The translations under genes and the position numbers were made by a program. Under the pieces are notes generated by a model. The model was not told where the DNA came from. It searched no databases and saw only the letters and a program-made list of their open reading frames with translations. From IMG/VR virus record IMGVR_UViG_3300017707_000735, positions 1 to 64,000 of that record: a DNA stretch of 64,000 bases. The stretch is one strand, 5' to 3'. This DNA is from a virus (taxonomy: Duplodnaviria; Caudoviricetes). Positions within the stretch are counted from its first letter, which is position 1; every line of letters begins with the position of its first letter. Below, one piece after another: positions 28,601 through 36,514 of the stretch.

Positions 28601-31269
28601 ATGATGTGTTTGTTGGGCAGGCATGTAACACAGACTTTAGATTTAAGATTGAAGATTCTTTTTACTTGAAAGATTCAGTTCAGGATGCTAAGCCTTACTT
28701 TGATGGAGAGCAAAAATTCTACAGAATTAATAACCTCAAGAGACAAACAACTTTTGTTGTTAGAACTGTAGATGGGGATGGAAATAATACCGGACCTGAT
28801 TATATTACAGATACAACATCTATTACTGGTTATGCTGATACATCTCTAGTAACCGTAGGAACGGCAATTAATAATCAGTTGGCACCAGCACCGTCCGCGG
28901 CTGTGCCAGGTAACTTGTTTAAGAATGATCATAACAATGATACTTTTAATACAGCTATAGCAAGTCACTATGCTGGATTAAAATACAGAATTGTAAATCA
29001 GTATGGTCAGCTGGATTCAATCAAACTGATTCCAATCACACCATGTGAACAGACTATTGGGGACATAGATGAAACTATAACAAGTACATTCTGTACAGGG
29101 TACACTGAATACAATGTACCTTACCTCTATCAGTTAAAGCAAAAAGTGCTGCCTAAGACAATATCATTGTTTAATGGAGATACATATATCAATAGATACA
29201 CAGAAAAGAATAGTATGTTCTTCTTCTATGATTGGTTGTATGATCAGCCTGATGGTATTGAGTATAATTACTTTAACCGTCAAATGTTGCCTGAGCCAAG
29301 ATTCTGGATGAACTCAGCAAGATATGAGGTGAGTACTTTGTTTACAGATCCATCAACTTGGTTTACTAACCTTAACGGTATCATGCCAGGTACAGGAGTA
29401 TTACCAAGAGGATTCTATAATCTAGACCATGGACCACCAACAGCAACTGCATGGTTAAGCTTCTTGTTCCCACAAGGATATAATTATTCTAATGACAACT
29501 CTGGAGATACACCAGGTATATTTGGAGTAAAAGATTCTTACTTCTATTTAGCTACATCAGCTATTAGAGACTTCTTTGTGGAGAGTGATGTTATAGTAGA
29601 CTTTAGAATTGCCGGGGATGAACAGTGGCAGAAGTTTTACAATCCTTATGAGTATACGGATCTAGGTAGTTTATTTAACATGAATCCTGATATTATTCAG
29701 AGAGGTAACTACTACAGATATGATTACTCATTGAGTATCTCAAAACTATTTACTCAGTACTTTAGTCAGGGTAACTTACAGTCAAGATACTACAGTCCTT
29801 CTGTAGCTAAGCTTTGCTATACGTATTATCCAAACAGGATCTTGTATTCTTTACCACAGAATGATGAGTCATCCATTGATTCATGGTCTTTATTCTTGAC
29901 TAACAATTACAAAGACTTTGTTGATAATATATCTGGAGTTAAGAACTTTGCTAAGACGGGTATTTTTATAACATTTAAAAACTCAAGCCCTTTAGCTTTC
30001 CAAGGAATAGATCAAATTGAGACAACTTCAGGAACTAAAGTTACTTTAGGAGATGGTGGTTTGTTTGCACAAACACCACAAGCTATTGTTATTGCTGATA
30101 AGCCATATGAGTATGGTTCATCACAAAGTAGTAGAAGTGTTATGTCAACACCGGCAGGCTTGTTCTATGTATCTCAAAACCAAGGAAAGATCTTTACTTA
30201 TGCTGACGGTCTTACAGAGATATCACAGCAGGGTCTTAAATGGTGGTTCAGTATATTCTTGCCATACAAGATTCTAGAAGACTTCCCAGACTATCCGCAT
30301 ATTGACAACCCGGTAGCGGCAGTAGGATGCCAGTCTATCTATGACAATCAGAACTCTATCATATACTTCTCTAAAAAGGACTATAAGCTTAAAGAAGAGT
30401 TTCAAGGAAGAATCTATTATGATGCTGTAACTAATGTATTTAGATTAGATAAGGCACAAGTATACTTAGGTGACCCTAACTTCTTTGATGATGCTTCTTG
30501 GACTATCAGTTATGATCCTAAGTCACAGTTCTTTATTTCATTCCATGACTGGCACCCAGATATGGTGATCCCTAATAAGATTACTTTCCTGAGTACAAAG
30601 TTTGGTACACTGTGGAAACACAATACTTCATGTTCATCTTACTGTACTTTCTATGGGGAAGATAAACCATTTGAGGTAGAGTTCCCTATTGTCAGTGGAC
30701 AGACTGTGGTAACGAAAAGAAGTACAGAGTATATTCTAGAATGTTATAGACGTTCTGACTATAACTGTGTTGATCAGTTCCAAGTATTGGATTACAACTT
30801 TGACCAGGCTGTAGTGTTTAATGCAGAGCAGGTTTCCGGGTATCTGAATCTAAACATATTCCCAAAGAATAACGTCACACTTAGCTTACAGTATCCACAG
30901 GTAAATCTAAACTCTATTGACATCTTATTCTCTAAAGAAGAGAATAAATATAGATTCAATCAGTTCTGGGATATTACAAAAGACCGTGGTGAGTTCCCTA
31001 TTGGTTCTAACTATCCACCAACTGGGCCGGTGGTACCAGGAACAACTGTATTGCAAGGACCATATGCTCAAGAGTTCTTATGGTTAACTGAACCTAATGG
31101 TTATATCAAATCATTAAACCCAGCAAATCTGGACTACCAGAAGCCTGAGCTGCAAAGAAAAAAATTCAGACATTATTTAAATTTCTTAAATTTATCCAAG
31201 TCTGTCTCAGGTAATACTAACATGGTACTCAAGATAGTAAACAGTAAGAATATAATTTCTCCAAGATAA
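25684..31269 (+). CDS. Muzzle / tail stabilisation protein (P22 gp10-like beta-propeller), 1861 aa
   Basis: N-terminal F.KGLNKD.DP...W..ARNA; YLRDEVYTFFIRW motif; C-terminal propeller with W.ISYDP...F.SFHDW.P; follows the ring genes. Confidence 0.75.
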   Translation: MAKESQGIDQNQLNTFIKGLNKDLDPSFVSEGMWTHARNATNNTREGDAGSLSNEPSNIYCGQVAADITGSKFIIGAIHLFSDKWILFTAVHLNDTSNTVVGCEIGLYEEELCKYRPIVQDNCLKFSKWNLITGAARKVNDCSWQVYFADSNNPDRVINVGDPNTWPPEGYQWMGNNQYSNGPNTIQWPGVAWKQLCHTDEGCQQTEPGVWPAGCPGVNACISCDDYPELDCDQLRLARLVQTPCIHVSPGKAGGNLRNGSYMALVAYSIEGVKVTDWYSPSNVQPIWYTNETSGALEIDLTVDQDNFDEFILVIVATVNQAAVAKQVGIYSTSTNKIYIDQIKEDIPAYPLEQLPLQNPVYETSDQIVEVNNYLLRVGPTTKFDFNYQPLANLIQTNWVSVEYPSDYYTKGGYKPSYLRDEVYTFFIRWIYNTGDKSAAYHIPGRPAKSDFVEPCTLQELAETDIAVGPNTLFDPERIFEVYNTATVTETPTNEVLPDGGVVVARGEMAYWESTERYPDKQPEIWNPTAHCWTNETTGMYDLCGKPIRHHKFPDTGVGNTGQASLLSHFRKNTTNGDTYIRILGVEFGNIIYPKDNNGQDIPGIVGYEILRGSREGNKSIVAKGMLNNMRPYNINGQQTDNPNRRRGLYPNHPFNTIKPANPQNSQQYGVLNPGNQINDPYIKVIDEEGERQNVNLGDMPKNIMTFHSPDTNFKNPYISTPELKIYGNLRGVATNNFVEPEKHPQHKLISNQAAYTAFQGGAVEAIISQIGKQSTRTSGAGYTRKFGPDYTQEEIGGGSGDMNFNFFGAWSPVFGSQTGSGSGNWTDLEGNDGNTEEDEYTENGEDTDPDGAQNTGDFIDGPLADFNNDFTAWSGFNEAWGNGDSLADIYDRFNNEGGFFRGGYYTAPSGDMELSKFQYFKDSPLQTALSLVGVLNPLLYYFSEGATITLDIIYALLPFRQYALQLQAHGFYDVFVGQACNTDFRFKIEDSFYLKDSVQDAKPYFDGEQKFYRINNLKRQTTFVVRTVDGDGNNTGPDYITDTTSITGYADTSLVTVGTAINNQLAPAPSAAVPGNLFKNDHNNDTFNTAIASHYAGLKYRIVNQYGQLDSIKLIPITPCEQTIGDIDETITSTFCTGYTEYNVPYLYQLKQKVLPKTISLFNGDTYINRYTEKNSMFFFYDWLYDQPDGIEYNYFNRQMLPEPRFWMNSARYEVSTLFTDPSTWFTNLNGIMPGTGVLPRGFYNLDHGPPTATAWLSFLFPQGYNYSNDNSGDTPGIFGVKDSYFYLATSAIRDFFVESDVIVDFRIAGDEQWQKFYNPYEYTDLGSLFNMNPDIIQRGNYYRYDYSLSISKLFTQYFSQGNLQSRYYSPSVAKLCYTYYPNRILYSLPQNDESSIDSWSLFLTNNYKDFVDNISGVKNFAKTGIFITFKNSSPLAFQGIDQIETTSGTKVTLGDGGLFAQTPQAIVIADKPYEYGSSQSSRSVMSTPAGLFYVSQNQGKIFTYADGLTEISQQGLKWWFSIFLPYKILEDFPDYPHIDNPVAAVGCQSIYDNQNSIIYFSKKDYKLKEEFQGRIYYDAVTNVFRLDKAQVYLGDPNFFDDASWTISYDPKSQFFISFHDWHPDMVIPNKITFLSTKFGTLWKHNTSCSSYCTFYGEDKPFEVEFPIVSGQTVVTKRSTEYILECYRRSDYNCVDQFQVLDYNFDQAVVFNAEQVSGYLNLNIFPKNNVTLSLQYPQVNLNSIDILFSKEENKYRFNQFWDITKDRGEFPIGSNYPPTGPVVPGTTVLQGPYAQEFLWLTEPNGYIKSLNPANLDYQKPELQRKKFRHYLNFLNLSKSVSGNTNMVLKIVNSKNIISPR
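31178..31194 (+). promoter_or_regulatory. Palindromic site TAAATTT-CTT-AAATTTA upstream of the cargo gene at 31269
   Basis: Perfect inverted repeat inside an unusually AT-rich codon stretch at the end of the muzzle gene. Confidence 0.4.
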
Positions 31270-33674
31270 TGTATAATAAGCGCTCCTTATCTAAAGATAC
31301 TAAAGCTTCTAAAGCTCCTAAGTCTATATCTAAACCTAGATATATTATTACAGATCCTATGGGTCAGTGGAAACACCCGGGTAAGAACACTAGAATACCA
31401 AGTAGTGATATTACGATGAAAGGTGTTCCTTATCCCGTGTTAGGAGTAGGCTCTAACGGTCAGAAACAAATGATGTATCCTGGACAAGAGTATACATTCC
31501 CTGGAGCTGATTATGTAGATGAGTATCCGCAGATGCGTAAGGGAGGTGGTCTAAAGTCTAAGAAGTATTCAAGAGACTTAGAAGCTACTAACCAAGTATT
31601 CCATGAGTCACCTTTGTTTAAGAAGAAGAAGTCTAAGAAGAAGAAGATCTATAATCCAAAGGCTAAGTATTATCAAGATGGAGGTACACCATATAACTAC
31701 AATCCGTTTGTATCTACTGAACCAGAAGTTCCAGAACAACCACAACAGTTTACACCAATAAGAACTGAGAATGATCCGGAGGACTATGATCAATTCTTGA
31801 ACTACTCACAGACAGCTCCAGAAAACAGAAGACCTACTGAAGGATATACTTATGGTGACCCTAATGATTATGACCACTATGGTATGTGGGATGCATTAGG
31901 AAAACCTAAAGATTTTAATCAGGCTCTTGAGATGAATCCAGACTGGACTCCAGATCCTTATGATGGCTCTTATCACGGCTTCAGTGTTAATCCTAACACA
32001 GGAGTATTTCTTAAATCAGGTAAACCTGGATTCAAACCTGGGGATACTACTTGGATGGAAGTAGCAGGACATTATATGAGTCCAAGAGCTGATATGGATA
32101 CACCTGTCTATGATCCAGAGATGGGTAGATTCAAATATGTTCCTAATGAGAACTATATAGAAACAGAACTTACACCAGAAGAAATACAGCAGTATAGAGA
32201 TGGTGGGTACATAGTAGAAGAGTTAAATGACTATAAAGCAGGAGGCTCTTTACTTACTAAGAAAGTAACATGTAAAAAATGCGGTTGGGAGTGGGATGCT
32301 GCTGATGGTGGTGATGATGTTACTACATGTCACAAGTGCGGTGGTCAAGGATTAGTGCATGCACAGAAAGGTGGTACAAAACCTAAGTCTGAATCTAAAC
32401 CTGATTTAGGAAAACAAGTTTATACCTATGAAGATAGACCAGAAGCCAAGTATAAGAAAGACTCAAAAGGCAACTGGCATATTATGTTACCATCTACACA
32501 CGGTAAGTATGTTCCTATTAAAGATCCAGATAAGAAAAGATCAGGAGAACTTAATGAGAAAGCTAAACCTGTAAAACCACCACAGTGGCAACAGGATAAA
32601 AAGAAGTATGGGAAAGACAAGGTAGAATGGTATGAAAGTTACAATCCAAATGACTGGTTCCTGAATGACTATTCAAAGTATAGCTCATACAACTCTGCTT
32701 TTAGAAACGCTAGAGAATCCGGTGAAAAGGAATTCTTATACAAGGGTGAAAGATATAATACTAAACTAGTAGACAAGAAACATTCAGATAGATACTGGGA
32801 TAGTAAGAAATTTGTAGAAGAGTATTACAAAAACCAACCTTTAACACCGGGTGATTTACTAGACTTAAAAGATGCTTACATACAAAAAAAGCATGGAACA
32901 AACTGGTATGACTATTATAATAATGTAGTGATGAATGATCCTATAAATAAAGACTACAATAAATGGAATAAAACAAGATATGAGGAAATGCAAGATTCAC
33001 TAGATATGTTAGACCCAAACAATCTTCCTACTGATGATCCTGATTTCTTGAAGTTTGCTCAAAAAAATAAGTACAAGACTCAGTTAAATGCACTAAAGAA
33101 ACCTACTTATTTTTCAATAACAGACTATAAACCTTCTGATATGTCAGAAGATGGTTACTGGGATGCTATGAAAAATAAAATGTTCATGACTACAAAAGCA
33201 GATCCTGGTCAACTTAATACAACCTTTGTACATGAGTTAAGTCATAAAGCTGATGATTATGATATTTATAGTAAAGTACCAGAACACAATACAAAAGAAT
33301 GGCAAAAGACTTCTTGGGCAGAAGGATGGGATCAAGACAAATATGACTATGTATCAAATCCTAGTGAGATAGAAGCAAGAAAACTATCTACGCTTTATTG
33401 GTTTAAAGAACATGGATGGCCGTACCAACCAGGAAAAATTAGAGAAGAAGGTTTAGATAGATTATATGACGCAAAACTTAATGACAAGATCCCTTATGAT
33501 ATAGATCAGTTGTTGGATTTTTATGGTAATCAATATGATGATTTATTAAGATACCTTAATAGTGATTATACTGAAAAAAGAGAGTTAGGTGGAAGCATAG
33601 GAGATGAAGTAGATTTAACTCCAGAGCAAGAAGCACATTTAAGAAGACTAGGATACAAACTTGAAAGAATATAA
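31269..33674 (+). CDS. Modular cargo-type protein (801 aa) with GG motifs, Zn ribbon and zincin metallopeptidase domain
   Basis: MRKGG, YQDGG, YKAGG, AQKGG, RELGG; CKKC...CHKC; HELSH at 33231-33245 with a downstream PSEIEAR glutamate. Confidence 0.7.
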   Translation: MYNKRSLSKDTKASKAPKSISKPRYIITDPMGQWKHPGKNTRIPSSDITMKGVPYPVLGVGSNGQKQMMYPGQEYTFPGADYVDEYPQMRKGGGLKSKKYSRDLEATNQVFHESPLFKKKKSKKKKIYNPKAKYYQDGGTPYNYNPFVSTEPEVPEQPQQFTPIRTENDPEDYDQFLNYSQTAPENRRPTEGYTYGDPNDYDHYGMWDALGKPKDFNQALEMNPDWTPDPYDGSYHGFSVNPNTGVFLKSGKPGFKPGDTTWMEVAGHYMSPRADMDTPVYDPEMGRFKYVPNENYIETELTPEEIQQYRDGGYIVEELNDYKAGGSLLTKKVTCKKCGWEWDAADGGDDVTTCHKCGGQGLVHAQKGGTKPKSESKPDLGKQVYTYEDRPEAKYKKDSKGNWHIMLPSTHGKYVPIKDPDKKRSGELNEKAKPVKPPQWQQDKKKYGKDKVEWYESYNPNDWFLNDYSKYSSYNSAFRNARESGEKEFLYKGERYNTKLVDKKHSDRYWDSKKFVEEYYKNQPLTPGDLLDLKDAYIQKKHGTNWYDYYNNVVMNDPINKDYNKWNKTRYEEMQDSLDMLDPNNLPTDDPDFLKFAQKNKYKTQLNALKKPTYFSITDYKPSDMSEDGYWDAMKNKMFMTTKADPGQLNTTFVHELSHKADDYDIYSKVPEHNTKEWQKTSWAEGWDQDKYDYVSNPSEIEARKLSTLYWFKEHGWPYQPGKIREEGLDRLYDAKLNDKIPYDIDQLLDFYGNQYDDLLRYLNSDYTEKRELGGSIGDEVDLTPEQEAHLRRLGYKLERI

Positions 33675-33675
33675 A

Positions 33676-36477
33676 ATGGCAAAGTTCAAGATAACAGGAT
33701 TACCTAAAGCACAAATAGGTGGTAAGACAGCTACCAGTTTATTGTTTTCACCATATGAACAAGGGATGTTTAGCAATAGCTTGCATTCAATTGGTGGTGC
33801 AGATCCTTCATTTATTTTAGGTGCTGAAAGATCTAACCTGTTTCCAATATGGGGACACAACAATGGTGTGCGTTCATCTTTATCAGGACAAGTACAGATT
33901 CCTTATGCTATGAATCAGATACCTGGAGTTAAAGGAAGATGGACAAGTGAGTATTCACCAAATGCCGGAAAGTCTCCTGTTCAATTTACAACCACAGGAC
34001 AGCTTGAAGGTGGATACAACCCAGATCAAGGATTTAATGCAAGTATAATGGGATGGCCTCATGTATGGGGATCTACTGTAGATGTATCAAGATGGAGAAA
34101 TCCTGAAAAATATTATGCAGGTGCTGTCCGTGCAGGTATTGGTCCTCAGCTTGGTGGATCTTATATGTCAGGAATGATGAACTCATCAGGACCAAATTAT
34201 ATTAGCGGTACAGATCAAATGAATACTAATAAAGGAAGTGTTCATATTGGTGGTAGAGGTTATGTTGAGTATACGCCTACTGACTGGTTAAAATTAAGAC
34301 TTGATGCACAGGGAATGTTTGACCCTCTTACAAAAAAAGTAGCAGAGGGAACTGACGCAGGAAATGCAGCTGAAACAGAAAATGTTAATCTAAAGTTTTC
34401 TCCAGGAGTACAACTTACAGCTACAGTTCCTATTAAAGCTTTAGCAAGTAATAAGAAGAAAGCTTCAGAAGAGAAGGTTAAAATGGATGCTGTTAAAGCT
34501 GATGATAAAAATATCATGGTTGAAGCACCTGTTATGACAGGACCTGGAATAGATTGGGAGTACAGACAAAAACAACAAAGTACTGGAGTACCAGTAGGAC
34601 ACTTGCCAGGATATGAACCTGAAACAGGAAGACAACTCACTGAAGCAGAATTAATGCAAAGATACGGTCAAGGACCACGTTTAACAAAAGGTGGAACAGC
34701 TAATGATATCTATCTTGATCTTGATGATGATGAAATAGAACAGTACAGAAACGCAGGTTACATAGTAGAGGATTTACCAGAAGCACAGAAGGGTGGTGAA
34801 CAGACATATACCTATGCTGACAGACCTGAAGCTACTTATAAAAAAGATGCTAAGGGTAATTGGTTAATCAGTCTTCCATCAACTGATGGAAAGTATGTAC
34901 CTATCAAAGATCCATCAGGTAAGCGTGCAGGAGAGTTAAATGAAAAAGCTAAGCCTGTTGAGAAGCCTACTCTTATGACAAAGGCATACAGCTCTGTAAA
35001 AGACTTCAACCGTTTGCCAGAAGCAGACAAAAAAGCTAGAGCATCTATGTATGCATTTAATGAAAAAATGCGAAACTCCGGAATGTATTATGGGGCTAAT
35101 GGATGGCAAAGACCTATGGCAAGTGGAGCTGCTCAATCTGCTGACTGGTTCTGGACACTTCCGATAGCATTACCTGCTATAACACAAACACTAGGAGGTA
35201 TCGGAGCTATGTCATTACCCGGTATGGCGTCTATACCTGGAGCAACTGTAGGTAACCTTGTTAATTCTGGGTTTATTGCTAGTAGCTTAATGGGTGCTCC
35301 TGGAAATGTTATGGATTGGTATAATGTAATACAAGGTAAAAAAGATTGGAAGGATGCGGCAATGGATAGTGCAGATATAGCATTAGGGTTTATTGGTTCT
35401 GGTTCTGGATGGAAATCACTAATACAAGATGCAAAAACATTGAAAGCCCCATCTAAAATAGTAAGCAAAACTCGTAGCACTGTGGGTAATGTAATAAAGC
35501 CAGGTGTATTATCAGCAAAACCAAATCAGTACTCAATTGCAGGTCAACGTGGTGCTGCAGGTAAAACTGGGTTAGATGCATCTCATGTAGAAGACGTAAG
35601 AAAAAAAGCTATTGCTAGATTACAGTCAGATGACTATCTAAAAAAGAGAATGGCTAATACTGGAGAAACTGAAGAACAGGTTAGAGCGGATGTGAAAAAA
35701 ATAATTTCTGAAGCTGAGGATGCAAAGTATAATTTGAATGCATATATTAGCACAGAAGGAGTGCAGACACCAAAAGGATTGCAAAACTTATGGAGATATC
35801 CTACAGTAGATATATCAAAAAATGCAGAGAATCCTATAACTACTTTGATTCATGAGAATAATCACTTGTATTCTCCTGCTGGTTACTCACAACATCTAGG
35901 ACGTATGGTTCAGGGTCGAGGTAATCCAAATATTGCTTCAATCCCTTTTGGTAAAAAGAGAGGTGTTTATGCTAATTATCCTCAACTAGGTGTAACGGAT
36001 GACATTGGTGAGTATGAAGCAAGAGAATGGGAACAACAAGTTAGACACTTGAACGCAAGAGATCAAATTATTTCAGCAAATAATCTAGCAGAAGATGCTA
36101 AAGTAACACCAGAAATGGTAGAGAAGTTTGCAGGTGATTGGTTTAAACGTATGAAGACTGAAGGTGCTGTTGGAGAAGATTATGATCTTATTTGGAATTC
36201 TGAACTAAGGAACGTAAGAGAAACTTTGGCTAAAGAAAAAGGTTATGCAAATACTGCAGAACTTGAGAAAAATTTAACAGAAGCTGATAAAGCAGCATTC
36301 CTAGCAGAGGTTAGAAAGAGATTTTCAGAAAAAGTTGCTGGTGTATTAAACAATGCATGGATGGGTGTTCCTGCTGTAATAGGTGCCGGTGCATTAGGTG
36401 CAGGAGCTACAGACGGTGAGTTTAAAAAAGGTGGTTTCCCAAAGAATATAGGTAAACTTAAAAAGTTTATCAGATAA
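33676..36477 (+). CDS. Modular cargo-type protein (933 aa): beta-rich N-domain, hydrophobic helices, zincin domain; start revised from TTG 33661 to ATG 33676
   Basis: AQIGG, LTKGG, AQKGG, FKKGG; HENNH at 35851-35865; hydrophobic segments at about 35140-35304 and 36355-36408. Confidence 0.7.
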   Translation: MAKFKITGLPKAQIGGKTATSLLFSPYEQGMFSNSLHSIGGADPSFILGAERSNLFPIWGHNNGVRSSLSGQVQIPYAMNQIPGVKGRWTSEYSPNAGKSPVQFTTTGQLEGGYNPDQGFNASIMGWPHVWGSTVDVSRWRNPEKYYAGAVRAGIGPQLGGSYMSGMMNSSGPNYISGTDQMNTNKGSVHIGGRGYVEYTPTDWLKLRLDAQGMFDPLTKKVAEGTDAGNAAETENVNLKFSPGVQLTATVPIKALASNKKKASEEKVKMDAVKADDKNIMVEAPVMTGPGIDWEYRQKQQSTGVPVGHLPGYEPETGRQLTEAELMQRYGQGPRLTKGGTANDIYLDLDDDEIEQYRNAGYIVEDLPEAQKGGEQTYTYADRPEATYKKDAKGNWLISLPSTDGKYVPIKDPSGKRAGELNEKAKPVEKPTLMTKAYSSVKDFNRLPEADKKARASMYAFNEKMRNSGMYYGANGWQRPMASGAAQSADWFWTLPIALPAITQTLGGIGAMSLPGMASIPGATVGNLVNSGFIASSLMGAPGNVMDWYNVIQGKKDWKDAAMDSADIALGFIGSGSGWKSLIQDAKTLKAPSKIVSKTRSTVGNVIKPGVLSAKPNQYSIAGQRGAAGKTGLDASHVEDVRKKAIARLQSDDYLKKRMANTGETEEQVRADVKKIISEAEDAKYNLNAYISTEGVQTPKGLQNLWRYPTVDISKNAENPITTLIHENNHLYSPAGYSQHLGRMVQGRGNPNIASIPFGKKRGVYANYPQLGVTDDIGEYEAREWEQQVRHLNARDQIISANNLAEDAKVTPEMVEKFAGDWFKRMKTEGAVGEDYDLIWNSELRNVRETLAKEKGYANTAELEKNLTEADKAAFLAEVRKRFSEKVAGVLNNAWMGVPAVIGAGALGAGATDGEFKKGGFPKNIGKLKKFIR
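36453..36469 (+). promoter_or_regulatory. Palindromic site TAAACTT-AAA-AAGTTTA upstream of the cargo gene at 36515
   Basis: Perfect inverted repeat 45 nt before the ATG; TATATT at 36490-36495. Confidence 0.5.
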
Positions 36478-36514
36478 ATTTAAAATAAGTATATTTAGTA
36501 TATAGCATGCTATT

